A stretch of 32,000 nucleotides of DNA, from NCBI RefSeq assembly GCF_001457615.1, contig NZ_LN831024.1, positions 1,620,001 to 1,652,000 of the forward strand, written 5' to 3'. Made by a program: the position numbers and the translations under genes. Shown one piece after another: positions 1 through 10,410 of the stretch (its first letter is position 1; each line of letters starts with the position of its first letter). The DNA comes from Pseudomonas aeruginosa (GTDB taxonomy: Bacteria; Pseudomonadota; Gammaproteobacteria; Pseudomonadales; Pseudomonadaceae). The notes under the pieces are model-generated. The model was not told where the DNA came from. It saw only the letters and a program-made list of their open reading frames with translations, and made no database searches.

Positions 1-1174
1 CGTCGTCGGCGCCATCCACCTTCGGATACCAGTGGTAGCCGGCGAACAGCTCGTCGGCGCCCTGGCCGCTCTGCACCACCTTGCAGTGCTTCGAGACTTC
101 CCGCGCGAGCAGGTAGAAGGCGATGCAGTCGTGGCTGACCATCGGCTCGCTCATGGCGCGGAAGGCCGCCGGCAACTGCTCGATCACTTCGTGCTCGCCG
201 ATGCGCAGGCGATGGTGGCGGGTGTGATAGCGCTCGGCGATCAGGTCGGAATACTGGAACTCGTCGCCGCGCTCGCCGCCGGCATCCTCGAAGCCGATGG
301 AGAAGGTCAGCAGGTTGTCCACCCCGGCTTCGTGCAGCAGGCCCACCAGCAGGCTCGAATCGACCCCGCCGGAGAGCAGCACGCCGACCTCGCGGGCGGC
401 GCGCTGGCGGATCGCCACCGCTTCGCGGAGGCCGTCGAGGACGCGCTCCTGCCAGTCGTCGAGCGTCAGCTCGCGCTCGTCCGGGCGTGGGCCGTAGTCC
501 AGCGTCCACCAGGTGCGCTGCTCGCAGCTGCCGTCGAGGTCGACGCTCATCCAGGTCGCCGGCGGCAGCTTCTTCACGCCCTCCAGCAAGGTGTGCGGGG
601 CGGGAACCACGGCGTGGAAGTTGAGGTAGAAATTCAGCGCCTGCGGATCGAGGTCGCTGGCGATGTCGCCGCCCTTGAGCAGGGCCGGCAGGCTCGAGGC
701 GAAGCGTAGGCGCGAGCGGTCGAGGCTGTAGTAGAGCGGCTTGATGCCGAGTCGGTCACGGGCCAGGAACAGCCGCTGGCGATCGCGCTCCCAGACGGCG
801 AAGGCGAACATCCCATTGAGCCGGGGCAATAAATCGGCGCCCCAGGCATGGTACCCCTTCAAGAGAACTTCGGTGTCGCCGCCGGAGAAGAACCGATAGC
901 CAAGGCTTTCCAGTTCGCCACGCAGTTCGGGGTAGTTGTAGATGGCGCCATTGAACACCATGGCCAGGCCGAGATCGGGATCGATCATCGGTTGGCCGGA
1001 AGCTTCCGCCAGGTCCATGATCTTCAGCCGTCGATGTCCGAGGGCGATCGGACCCTGGGCGTGGAAGCCCCAGGCGTCGGGGCCGCGAGGGGCCAGGTGG
1101 TGGGTGATGCGTTCGACCGCTGCGAGGTCGGCTGCCTGGTTGTCGAAACGAAACTCTCCTGATATGCCGCACAT
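1..1174 (-). CDS. Asparagine synthetase (glutamine-hydrolysing) family amidotransferase, AsnO-like (candidate N-acetylglutaminylglutamine amide pathway enzyme). Only the N-terminal ~391 codons are present; the 3' end runs off the left edge.
   Basis: It is missing from the ORF track because it stays open to the window edge. Reverse-complement reading from the ATG at 1174-1172 gives MCGISGEFRFDNQAADLAAVERITHHLAPRGPDAWGF...ALGHRRLKIMDL...GMFAFAVWERDRQRLFLARDRLGIKPLYY, which has the Cys2 Ntn glutamine amidotransferase start. Further in the same frame comes LLSGGVDSSLLVGLL (around 379-335), the SGGxDS PP-loop of asparagine synthase domains. The + strand ORF 32..709 is its antisense shadow. Confidence 0.85.
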   Translation of the reverse strand, partial: MCGISGEFRFDNQAADLAAVERITHHLAPRGPDAWGFHAQGPIALGHRRLKIMDLAEASGQPMIDPDLGLAMVFNGAIYNYPELRGELESLGYRFFSGGDTEVLLKGYHAWGADLLPRLNGMFAFAVWERDRQRLFLARDRLGIKPLYYSLDRSRLRFASSLPALLKGGDIASDLDPQALNFYLNFHAVVPAPHTLLEGVKKLPPATWMSVDLDGSCEQRTWWTLDYGPRPDERELTLDDWQERVLDGLREAVAIRQRAAREVGVLLSGGVDSSLLVGLLHEAGVDNLLTFSIGFEDAGGERGDEFQYSDLIAERYHTRHHRLRIGEHEVIEQLPAAFRAMSEPMVSHDCIAFYLLAREVSKHCKVVQSGQGADELFAGYHWYPKVDGADD

Positions 1175-1316
1175 ATTCCTTACCGGTTCTCCGTTGGGGA
1201 AGTGGGTTGCGTACCCCTTCCGGGTACATGACTTACCTAACAGAGGACCGTTACAGTTGGAAGGAGTTCTATACGAATTTTCCGGGCCTATCAGGACCCT
1301 TAACGAAGAATTTATT

Positions 1317-1790
1317 ATGGTTGAAAGTAATAAGACCGCTGCCGATACCTATTCGCTCGCTATTTTCCGCGCCATCCGCCGTCTCCAGCAGGCCGCCGAA
1401 ATCCACTCCAAGCGTCTCAGCCGATACGGTGGCCTGACCCCGCTGCAATTGCTGATCCTGCATGTCCTGGCGGTGGAGGGAGAACTGACCGCGACGCAAC
1501 TGGCCAAGCTGGTCAGCCTGTCCCAGGCATCGCTCTCCGGCGTGCTCGACCGCCTCGAAGGACGCGGCCTGCTCTATCGTCGGCGCGACGAACAGGACCG
1601 GCGCAAGTCCTGGCTGCACCTCGACCCGGCCGGCCACGAAGCCCTGGCGGAGGCGCCGCCGCTATTGCCGGAGTACGTGATCGAGCGCTTCGCCGCGTTG
1701 CCCGAGTGGGAGCGCCACGGCTTGCTGGCCGCGCTGCTGCGCGCGGCCGACCTGTTCGGCTTGCCGGAAGAGGACGTCGAAGAAGAGTGA
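1317..1790 (+). CDS. MarR-family transcriptional regulator, divergent from the AsnO-like gene
   Basis: Lies in the frame of ORF 942..1790. I chose the ATG at 1317 (MVESNKTAADTYSLAIF...) because the upstream codons overlap the divergent gene and the intergenic region. Winged-helix MarR pattern: LTPLQLLILHVLAVEGELTATQLAKLVSLSQASLSGVLDRLEGRGLLYRRRDEQDRRK. Confidence 0.85.
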   Translation: MVESNKTAADTYSLAIFRAIRRLQQAAEIHSKRLSRYGGLTPLQLLILHVLAVEGELTATQLAKLVSLSQASLSGVLDRLEGRGLLYRRRDEQDRRKSWLHLDPAGHEALAEAPPLLPEYVIERFAALPEWERHGLLAALLRAADLFGLPEEDVEEE

Positions 1791-1944
1791 GGGCGCCAGG
1801 TTCGCTACGAAAGACAGTCGCGTCGGCGGTCTTTACCTGGCGAACCTGCCGATGCCTGGTGGACAAGCGCGTTGTACGCCATGGCGTGACCTCCGCGTAG
1901 GGCGCATAACGCCGCTTCCCCGGTGCCCCGGCCGCCGAGGAAAG

Positions 1945-2697
1945 CTACCCGCCGTAGAGCTTCTGCGCCGCCAGGGAGAAGCTCACCGCCACCAGCATCA
2001 GCGCGAACAGGCGTTGCAGGGTCGGGCCGCCGAGGCGCTGCGCCAGCAGGTTGCCGCCGAGCACGCCGACCGCGCCGCCGGCGGCGAGGCCGCCGAGCAG
2101 CGGCAGCGGCGGGTGGGCGCCGGTCAGGTAGATCAGGAAGCCGCCGCCGGAGACCAGCGCGATCACCGCCATCGAGGTGGCGGTGGCGGCCATCATCGAC
2201 AGCGGGGTGAACCAGAGTAGCCCCGGCACCACCAGGAAGCCGCCGCCCACGCCCATCAATCCCGACAGCAAGCCGACCGCCAGGCCGATGCCGAGCAGCG
2301 GCAGGCTCCGTGCCTGGTCGCTGGCCTCGCGTTTCATCCCGGCGCCGCGCCACATGCGCCAGGCCGACCAGAGCACCAGCAGGCAGAAGGCGACGATCAG
2401 CACGCCTTCCGGGACGAAGCGGCCGAGCCATTGGCCGACGGCGTTGCTCGGCAGGCCGGCCAGCGCCAGGACCAGCACCGGCCGCCAGGCCACCTGGCCC
2501 TGGCGCGCGCGCGGAATGGCGCCAATCAGCGCCGACAGGGCGACCGCGCCGAGGCTCACGCCGATGGCGTCGCGCAGCGGCAGGTGCAGGCTGAGCAGCA
2601 GGGGCAGGGCGACCAGCGAGCCGCCGGCGCCGGTGAGGCCGAGCAGCAGGCCGAGAACGGCGCCGATGCCCAGGGATTCGAAGAGCAGTACATCCAT
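1945..2697 (-). CDS. TauE/SafE (DUF81) family anion-export membrane protein
   Basis: The 250 aa ORF is hydrophobic throughout and has the two glycine-rich repeats typical of the family (LGLLLGLTGAGGSLVALPLL and GLLSGLMGVGGGFLVVPGL). Confidence 0.8.
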   Translation of the reverse strand: MDVLLFESLGIGAVLGLLLGLTGAGGSLVALPLLLSLHLPLRDAIGVSLGAVALSALIGAIPRARQGQVAWRPVLVLALAGLPSNAVGQWLGRFVPEGVLIVAFCLLVLWSAWRMWRGAGMKREASDQARSLPLLGIGLAVGLLSGLMGVGGGFLVVPGLLWFTPLSMMAATATSMAVIALVSGGGFLIYLTGAHPPLPLLGGLAAGGAVGVLGGNLLAQRLGGPTLQRLFALMLVAVSFSLAAQKLYGG

Positions 2698-2797
2698 CGT
2701 CGATCAACTATTTCCGCGGGTGAGCCAGCCGGTGGTCCGGTATGGCCTGCGCGTGCGGCAGGCCCGAAGGTTAGCGCAAATCGGTGCGCCCGGGGCT

Positions 2798-4762
2798 TCA
2801 GCCGCGCTGCCCGCGCACCAGGTCGCGCAGCAGGAAGCGGTTCGGGTGGCAGGCCTCGGCCACCGCGCGCGGCAGCGGCAGCGGCTCGCCGCAGATCCAC
2901 GCCGCCAGCAGTTCGCCGGACAGCGGCGCACTGATCAGCCCGCGCGAGCCGTGGCCGCTGTTCAGGTACAGGCCTGGCAGCCAGGGGCAGGCACGCTCCG
3001 GCACCTGGCGGGCGTCGCGGGCGAGCACCGTGTAGGCCTCGTCGAAGGCCGCGCGCTCGGCCAGCGGGCCTACCAGGGGCAGGTAGTCGGGGCTGGTGCA
3101 GCGGAATGCCGCGCGGCCTTCCAGGCGCTCCAGCGGCAGGTCGTCGGCGCCCAGGCGCTGCAACAGGTCGGGGGATATTTCCCGCAGCAGTTCGAGGTTG
3201 CCCTGGTGTTCGGCGAGGGTCGGCGCCAGGTCTTCGCTCTTGAAGTCGAAGCTGGCGCCGAGGGTGTGTTCGTCGCCACGCGGCGGTGCGACGTAGCCCT
3301 CGGCGCAGACCACGGTGCGCAGCGCCCGGCTTTGCGGGGTGGCCGGCAGGCGGGTGACCTGCCCGCGAATGCGCTTCAGCGGCAGCTCGGCGGCGGGCGG
3401 GAAGTCGCGGATGTCGGCGGCGGTGGCGAGGATCGCGAGTGGCGCGCGGGCCAGGCATTCGTCGTCGGCGTAGGCGCACCAGTCGTCGCCCTCGCGGCGC
3501 AAGCGTACTGCCCGGCCGCTCAGCAGGGTGATCCCGGGGGTGGCGGCCAGGGCCTGGCACAGCGCGGGCGGATGGACCCAGCCGGCTTCGGGATAGAACA
3601 GGCCGCCGGCGGGCAGGGCGACGCCGGCGCGGCGCTCGGCCTGCCCGCGCTCCAGGCCGTGCAGCAGGTCGGCGGGGAAGGCTGCGGCCAGTTGCGCCTG
3701 GCGTTGCGCTTCCTTGGCGTCGAAGGCCAGTTGCAGTACGCCGCAGGCGTCCCAGTCGTGGCCGCGCCGCAGGCGTTCGAGCAGCCGGCGGGTATGGCCG
3801 AAGCCGCTGAGCACCAGGCGCGACAGCGGCGTGCCGTGGGCCGAGAGTTTCAGGTAGAGCACGCCCTGGGGGTTGCCCGAGGCTTCCCGGGCGAGGCCGG
3901 GATGGCGTTCGATCAGGGTCACCTGCCAGCCGCGCGCGGCGAGGCTGGCGGCGCTGGCGCAGCCGGCCAGGCCGCCGCCGACCACCAGTGCCGCGCGGCG
4001 CCCGGCGTGGGGCGCGGGGCGTGCGTACCAGGGCTTGCCGGCGTTCGCCGGCGGCCCCTGGTAGGTGCCGCTGAGCATCTCGCGCTTCTGTCCGTAGCCC
4101 GGTACCCGTTGCATGGCGAAACCGGCCTCGATCAGCCCTCGGCGAACGAAACCGGCGCTGGTGAAAGTGCCCAGGGTCGCCTGCGGCGCCGACAGTCGCG
4201 CCAGTTCGGCGAACAGTACGGGCGACCACATGTCCGGGTTCTTCGCCGGGGCGAAGCCATCGAGGAACCAGGCGTCGACCCGCGCGTCGAGCTGCGGCAG
4301 GCACTCCAGGGCATCGCCCAGCAGCAGGGTCAGGCCGACCCTTCCGCCCGCGAACGCCAGGCGCTGGAAGCCCGGGTGCACGGCAAGGTACTGGCCCAGC
4401 AGGGCCTCGCTCCAGGGCGCCAGTTCCGGCCATAGCGCCAGGGCGCGGCGCAGGTCGGCGGCGGCGAGGGGGAATTTCTCCACGCTGACGAACTCCAGGC
4501 GCGCGCCGGCCGGCGCGACCCGCTCGAACAGCTGCCAGGCGCAGAGGAAGTTCAGTCCGGTGCCGAAGCCGGTCTCCCCGATGCACAGCACCTCGCCGTC
4601 GCCCAGCGCGGCGAAGCGCTCGGCCAGGCGGTTGGTGGCGAGGAACACATGGCGCGTCTCGTTGAGCCCGGAATGCCGGGAAAAATATACGTCGCCGAAG
4701 GCGCGGGATAGCGGCTGGCCGTTTTCGTCCCAGTCGAGCTGGGCATGCTGGAAGTCGGACAT
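2798..4762 (-). CDS. mnmC: Bifunctional tRNA 5-methylaminomethyl-2-thiouridine biosynthesis protein MnmC (methyltransferase plus FAD-dependent demodification oxidoreductase)
   Basis: 654 aa. The N-terminus MSDFQHAQLDWDENGQPLSRAFGDVYFS...GFGTGLNFL is the MnmC-type SAM methyltransferase domain. The C-terminal half has the DAO-type dinucleotide fold ALVVGGGLAGCASAASLAARGWQVTLIERH. Confidence 0.9.
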   Translation of the reverse strand: MSDFQHAQLDWDENGQPLSRAFGDVYFSRHSGLNETRHVFLATNRLAERFAALGDGEVLCIGETGFGTGLNFLCAWQLFERVAPAGARLEFVSVEKFPLAAADLRRALALWPELAPWSEALLGQYLAVHPGFQRLAFAGGRVGLTLLLGDALECLPQLDARVDAWFLDGFAPAKNPDMWSPVLFAELARLSAPQATLGTFTSAGFVRRGLIEAGFAMQRVPGYGQKREMLSGTYQGPPANAGKPWYARPAPHAGRRAALVVGGGLAGCASAASLAARGWQVTLIERHPGLAREASGNPQGVLYLKLSAHGTPLSRLVLSGFGHTRRLLERLRRGHDWDACGVLQLAFDAKEAQRQAQLAAAFPADLLHGLERGQAERRAGVALPAGGLFYPEAGWVHPPALCQALAATPGITLLSGRAVRLRREGDDWCAYADDECLARAPLAILATAADIRDFPPAAELPLKRIRGQVTRLPATPQSRALRTVVCAEGYVAPPRGDEHTLGASFDFKSEDLAPTLAEHQGNLELLREISPDLLQRLGADDLPLERLEGRAAFRCTSPDYLPLVGPLAERAAFDEAYTVLARDARQVPERACPWLPGLYLNSGHGSRGLISAPLSGELLAAWICGEPLPLPRAVAEACHPNRFLLRDLVRGQRG

Positions 4763-4905
4763 GGCAGAACCTGAAAAAGCGGATGGCGCATTTTACGGGG
4801 CTTTGCCGGCCAGCGGCGAGGCGCTGCGCGAACATGCCGCGGCGCCGCGCAGACAGCCGCACGCCGATCCGCTACCTTGAAGGACTCAGGTTAAGGGAGA
4901 CCTCC

Positions 4906-6396
<1,491 letters not shown>

Positions 6397-6548
6397 GGCC
6401 CGCCGGAATGCGGCGCCGTCCTCTCCAGGGGATGGCGACGCATACGGCGGATGAATGATCGGTGCCTCGCGCGATTGCCTCGCCTTATCCTCGCTCGATC
6501 CGGCCGCTGCCCCGGCGGCCGACCGACAATAACAGCGAGGGTACCCCC

Positions 6549-7733
6549 ATGCGTGAAGTGGTGATCGTCGACAGCGTCCGGACCGGCCTGGCCAAGTCCT
6601 TCCGCGGCAAGTTCAACCTGACCCGGCCGGACGACATGGCCGCCCACTGCGTCGACGCGCTGCTGGCGCGCAACGACCTCGACCCGCTGCTGGTGGATGA
6701 CTGCATCGTTGGCGCCGGCTCCAACGAAGGCGCCCAGGGCCACAACATCGGGCGCAACGTGGCGGTGCTCTCCGGCCTCGGCATCCAGGTGCCGGGGATG
6801 ACCCTCAACCGCTACTGTTCCTCCGGCCTGCAGGCGATCGCCATCGCCGCCAACCAGATCGCTTCCGGTTGCAGCGAGGTGATCGTCGCCGGCGGCGTCG
6901 AGTCGATCACCCTGACCCTGAAGAGCGTCAACACCGACCACCTGGTGAACCCGCTGCTGCAAAGGGAGGTGCCGGGCATCTACTACCCCATGGGGCAGAC
7001 CGCCGAGATCGTCGCCCGTCGCTACGGCATCACCCGCGAGGCCCAGGACGCCTACGCCCTGCAGAGCCAGCAGCGGATGGCGCGAGCCCAGGCGGACGGG
7101 CTGTTCGCCGACGAGATCGTGCCGATGACCACCCGCTACGCGGTGGAGGACAAGGCCAGCGGCGAGAAGCAGGTGCTCGACGGAGTGGTCGACCGCGACG
7201 ACTGCAACCGCCCGGACACCACCCTCGAAGGCCTGGCCTCGCTGAAGCCGGCGTTCGCCGAGGACGGTTCGGTCACCGCCGGCAACGCCTCGCAACTCTC
7301 CGACGGCGCCTCGATGACCCTGCTGATGAGCCTGGAGAAAGCGCTGGCGCTGGGCCTGGAGCCGAAGGCCTTCTTCCGTGGCTTCACCGTGGCCGGCTGC
7401 GAGCCGGACGAAATGGGCATCGGTCCGGTGTTCTCGGTGCCGAAGCTGCTCAAGGCGAAGGGGCTGAAGATCGCCGACGTCGATCTCTGGGAACTCAACG
7501 AAGCCTTCGCCTCGCAGTGCCTGTACTGCCGCGACCGGCTGGAGATCGACAACGAGAAGTACAACGTCAATGGCGGCTCCATCGCCATCGGCCACCCGTT
7601 CGGCATGACCGGCTCGCGCCAGGTCGGTCATCTGGTCCGCGAACTGCGCCGGCGCAACCTGCGCTACGGCGTGGTGACCATGTGCGTCGGCGGCGGCATG
7701 GGCGCCAGCGGGCTGTTCGAAGCCGTACGCTGA
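6549..7733 (+). CDS. Acetyl-CoA C-acyltransferase / 3-ketoacyl-CoA thiolase
   Basis: Start ATG at 6549 (MREVVIVDSVRTGLAKSFRG). Thiolase motifs: LNRYCSSGLQAI (acyl-enzyme Cys), NVNGGSIAIGHPFGMTGSR, MCVGGGMGASGLFE. Confidence 0.9.
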   Translation: MREVVIVDSVRTGLAKSFRGKFNLTRPDDMAAHCVDALLARNDLDPLLVDDCIVGAGSNEGAQGHNIGRNVAVLSGLGIQVPGMTLNRYCSSGLQAIAIAANQIASGCSEVIVAGGVESITLTLKSVNTDHLVNPLLQREVPGIYYPMGQTAEIVARRYGITREAQDAYALQSQQRMARAQADGLFADEIVPMTTRYAVEDKASGEKQVLDGVVDRDDCNRPDTTLEGLASLKPAFAEDGSVTAGNASQLSDGASMTLLMSLEKALALGLEPKAFFRGFTVAGCEPDEMGIGPVFSVPKLLKAKGLKIADVDLWELNEAFASQCLYCRDRLEIDNEKYNVNGGSIAIGHPFGMTGSRQVGHLVRELRRRNLRYGVVTMCVGGGMGASGLFEAVR

Positions 7734-7746
7734 GCCCGTGCGCGAC

Positions 7747-7787
7747 GGCGGGCCCCGCAGGTCGGGGCTCGCCTCATGGGTTTTATT
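7747..7787 (+). terminator. Candidate terminator after the thiolase gene
   Basis: An 11-bp GC-rich stem (7747-7757 pairs with 7763-7773, with one G-U pair) is followed after 7 nt by TTTTATTT (7781-7788). The distance to the T-run makes it non-canonical. Confidence 0.45.
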
Positions 7788-7861
7788 TACATGACGCTCC
7801 GTGCCATCCCCGGCGACTCGCGCTAGGCTAGGCGCCTTTTTCCTTGCATAGGGATGTAGCG

Positions 7862-8527
7862 ATGTCCACCGAGCCCAACTCGCCGTTCGTCGACGACCCG
7901 CTGAGCGCCGTCGATGCACGGATTCTCGGCAGCCTCGTCGAGAAGCAGGCGACCACCCCGGAAACCTATCCGCTGACCCTCAATGCCCTGGTCCTCGCCT
8001 GCAACCAGAAGACCAGCCGCGATCCGGTGATGAACCTCACGCCCGGCCAGGTCGGCCAGAGCCTGCGCCAGCTCGAGGGGCGCGGCCTGGTCAGGCTGGT
8101 GATGGGCAGCCGCGCCGACCGCTGGGAGCACACCCTGGGCAAGGGCCTGGAATTGGTGGCGCCACAGGTGGCGCTGCTCGGCCTGCTGTTCCTGCGTGGT
8201 CCGCAGACCCTCAACGAACTGCTCACCCGCAGCAACCGCCTGCACGATTTCGACGACGTCGAGCAGATCCGCCACCACCTGGAACGCCTCGCCGGCCGTG
8301 GCCTGGCCGTGCACCTGGAGCGTCGCGCCGGGCAGCGCGAGGAGCGCTACATGCACCTGCTCGGCAGCCAGGCCGACCTCGAGGCCGCCGTGGAGGCGAT
8401 GGGCAGCGACCCGGAACGCGCCGCGCCGACCGCTCTGTCGGCCGATGCGGAAGCGCGGATCGCCGAGCTGGAGACGCGCCTGGCGGCGCTGGAGGAGCGC
8501 CTGGCCAGGCTCGAAGGAGGGGCGTGA
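7862..8527 (+). CDS. YceH/DUF480 (UPF0502) family protein, winged-helix repeats plus a C-terminal coiled coil
   Basis: I chose the ATG at 7862 ([55 protein letters not shown]), an N-terminus typical of YceH-like proteins. The C-terminus [24 protein letters not shown] has a heptad-like pattern. Confidence 0.75.
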   Translation: MSTEPNSPFVDDPLSAVDARILGSLVEKQATTPETYPLTLNALVLACNQKTSRDPVMNLTPGQVGQSLRQLEGRGLVRLVMGSRADRWEHTLGKGLELVAPQVALLGLLFLRGPQTLNELLTRSNRLHDFDDVEQIRHHLERLAGRGLAVHLERRAGQREERYMHLLGSQADLEAAVEAMGSDPERAAPTALSADAEARIAELETRLAALEERLARLEGGA

Positions 8528-8564
8528 TATCGGGGGAGGGCGCAATCGGTGACATGCAGGTTCC

Positions 8565-8596
8565 GGCGGATAACCGCGAGCGGTTGTTCGCCCTAC
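8565..8596. repeat. REP palindromic element (inverted orientation)
   Basis: The sequence is GGCGGATAACCGCGAGCGGTTGTTCGCCCTAC. It is internally palindromic and is the reverse form of the GTAGGGCG..GGTTATCCGCC unit seen at 8634, 19485 and 23431-23670. Confidence 0.8.
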
Positions 8597-8633
8597 GGCC
8601 CACAGTGACTTTGTGGGCGGCGCTGCCTGTCGG

Positions 8634-8666
8634 GTAGGGCGGATAACGCCAGCGGCGTTATCCGCC
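8634..8666. repeat. REP palindromic element (forward orientation)
   Basis: The sequence is GTAGGGCGGATAACGCCAGCGGCGTTATCCGCC, with the inner palindrome GGATAACGCC/GGCGTTATCC. Confidence 0.8.
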
Positions 8667-8698
8667 GATGCGTCGCCCCGCAAGGCGAACGCCAACCC

Positions 8699-8727
8699 AA
8701 AAAAGCCCGGCTATTGCCGGGCTTTTT
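8699..8727. terminator. Bidirectional rho-independent terminator shared by the convergent yceH-like and mqo genes
   Basis: The sequence is AAAAAAGCCCGGCTATTGCCGGGCTTTTT. It has a 7-bp stem (GCCCGGC/GCCGGGC), a 4-nt loop, an A-run on one side and a T-run on the other. The mqo stop codon is at 8751. Confidence 0.75.
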
Positions 8728-8750
8728 CATGCGCGCGCGTCGGTGGCCGA

Positions 8751-10322
8751 TCAGGCCTCCGGCTGTACCGGCACGTGGATCAGTTGCAGGCGCTCGCTGC
8801 TCCAGGCACGGGTGCTGTTGGTCAGCTCGATGTCGTTGTTCAGCTTGCGCCCGTAAGACGGCACGATTTCCTTCAGGCGTGCCTGCCACTCGGGGGTAGC
8901 GACCTTGTCCTTGAAGGCCTTCTCCAGCACCGACAGCATGATCGGCGCGGCGGTCGAGGCGCCCGGCGAGGCGCCGAGCAGGGCGGCGACGGAGCCGTCG
9001 GCGGCGGTCACCACTTCGGTGCCGAATTGCAGTACGCCGCCTTTCTCGGCGTCCTTCTTGATGATCTGCACGCGCTGGCCGGCCTGCACCAGCTTCCAGT
9101 CCTCGTCGCGGGCTTCCGGGAAGTACTCGCGCAGCGAGGCCATGCGGTCGTCCTGGCTGAGCATCAGCTGGCCGATCAGGTACTGGCTGAGATCGAAGTT
9201 GTCGATGCCGGCGTTGAACATCGGGCCGATGTTGCCGCTGGTCACCGAGCCCGGCAGGTCCCACAGCGAGCCGTTCTTCAGGAACTTGGTGGAGAAGGTG
9301 GCGAACGGACCGAACAGCAGAACCGGCTTGCCGTCGATCATGCGGGTGTCGAGGTGCGGCACCGACATCGGCGGCGAACCCACCGAAGCCTTGCCGTAGA
9401 CCTTGGCCAGGTGGCGCTTGACCACGTCCGGGTTGGTGGTGGCGAGGAACGAACCGCCCACCGGGAAGCCGGCGTAGCCTTCGGCCTCGGGGATGCCGGA
9501 CATCTGCAGCAGCTTCAGCGCGCCGCCGCCGGCGCCGATGAAGACGAACCTGGCCTTGACGCTGGTTTCCTTGTCGCCATTGGCCAGGTCGGCCATGGTC
9601 ACGGTCCAGGTGTTGTCGTCGTTGCGCTTGAGGTCGCGGACCTCATGTTGCAGGCGCAGCTTGAAGGTGTCCTTGGCCGACAGCGAGCCCACCAGTTGGC
9701 GAGTGATCTCGCCGAAGTTGACGTCGGTGCCGATCGACATGCGCGTGGCGGCGATCTTCTGCCCCGGCTCGCGGCCTTCCATCACCAGCGGCACCCACTG
9801 CTTGATCTGCTCGGGGTCTTCCGAGTACTCCATGCCGCGGAACAGCGAGCTGTGCTGCAGGGCGGCGTGGCGCTTCTTGAGGAAGGCGACGTTGTCGTCG
9901 CCCCAGACGAAGCTCATGTGCGGGACGTTGTTGATGAACGACTTCGGATCGTTCAGCACCTTGCGGTCGACCTGGTAGGCCCAGAACTGCTTGGAGATCT
10001 CGAAGTTCTCGTTGATCGCCACCGCCTTGCTGATATCCATCGAGCCGTCCGCGGCCTCGCTGGTGTAGTTCAGTTCGCAGAACGCCGAGTGACCGGTGCC
10101 CGCGTTGTTCCAGCCGTTGGAGCTTTCTTCGGCGACCTTGTCCAGGCGCTCGACCATCTCGATGGTCCAGCCTGGTTCCAGTTCGTTCAGATAGGTACCC
10201 AGGGTGGCGCTCATGATGCCGCCACCGATCAGGAGCACGTCGACCGGTTTTTCCGATTCGACGCTGTTTTTGGAGCAACCCAGCACGCTGACGCACAAAA
10301 GCATCAATAAGATTTTTTTCAT
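8751..10322 (-). CDS. mqo: Malate:quinone oxidoreductase (FAD-dependent)
   Basis: 523 aa. Contains [25 protein letters not shown]...[20 protein letters not shown] and [21 protein letters not shown]...[16 protein letters not shown], which are characteristic Mqo blocks. Confidence 0.92.
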   Translation of the reverse strand: MKKILLMLLCVSVLGCSKNSVESEKPVDVLLIGGGIMSATLGTYLNELEPGWTIEMVERLDKVAEESSNGWNNAGTGHSAFCELNYTSEAADGSMDISKAVAINENFEISKQFWAYQVDRKVLNDPKSFINNVPHMSFVWGDDNVAFLKKRHAALQHSSLFRGMEYSEDPEQIKQWVPLVMEGREPGQKIAATRMSIGTDVNFGEITRQLVGSLSAKDTFKLRLQHEVRDLKRNDDNTWTVTMADLANGDKETSVKARFVFIGAGGGALKLLQMSGIPEAEGYAGFPVGGSFLATTNPDVVKRHLAKVYGKASVGSPPMSVPHLDTRMIDGKPVLLFGPFATFSTKFLKNGSLWDLPGSVTSGNIGPMFNAGIDNFDLSQYLIGQLMLSQDDRMASLREYFPEARDEDWKLVQAGQRVQIIKKDAEKGGVLQFGTEVVTAADGSVAALLGASPGASTAAPIMLSVLEKAFKDKVATPEWQARLKEIVPSYGRKLNNDIELTNSTRAWSSERLQLIHVPVQPEA

Positions 10323-10410
10323 GGATTTACCGCTAGAAAACGTGGAGAAGCGTGGATACGCACGACATGGCAGGTATTCACCGGGTGAATGATACTGGAA
10401 CTCACCCCCG

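Noticed and set aside
942-1316. N-terminal extensions offered by the ORF track for several genes: 942 for MarR, 4783 for PPK2, 6462 for the thiolase, 12170 for the ABC ATPase, 17761 for ssuB, 25114 for the aldolase, 27879 for the SDR, 22894 for the ABM protein, 22088 for folM and 21969 for folE.
   Set aside because: The extensions overlap upstream genes or divergent promoters and have junk-like composition. Internal start codons with Shine-Dalgarno sequences give proteins that begin where the family homology begins.
2177-4862. Very long ORFs overlapping mnmC in other frames or on the other strand (2177..4435 +, 752 aa; 2556..4862 -, 768 aa).
   Set aside because: Their translations are low-complexity Arg/Ala/Gly/Pro strings with no recognisable motifs. 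They fully overlap a well-supported 654-aa MnmC reading frame. Long stop-free alternative frames are expected at this GC content.
8613-10310. A 565-aa + strand ORF antisense to mqo.
   Set aside because: It is an antisense shadow of a strongly supported Mqo frame. It would also start inside REP and terminator sequence.
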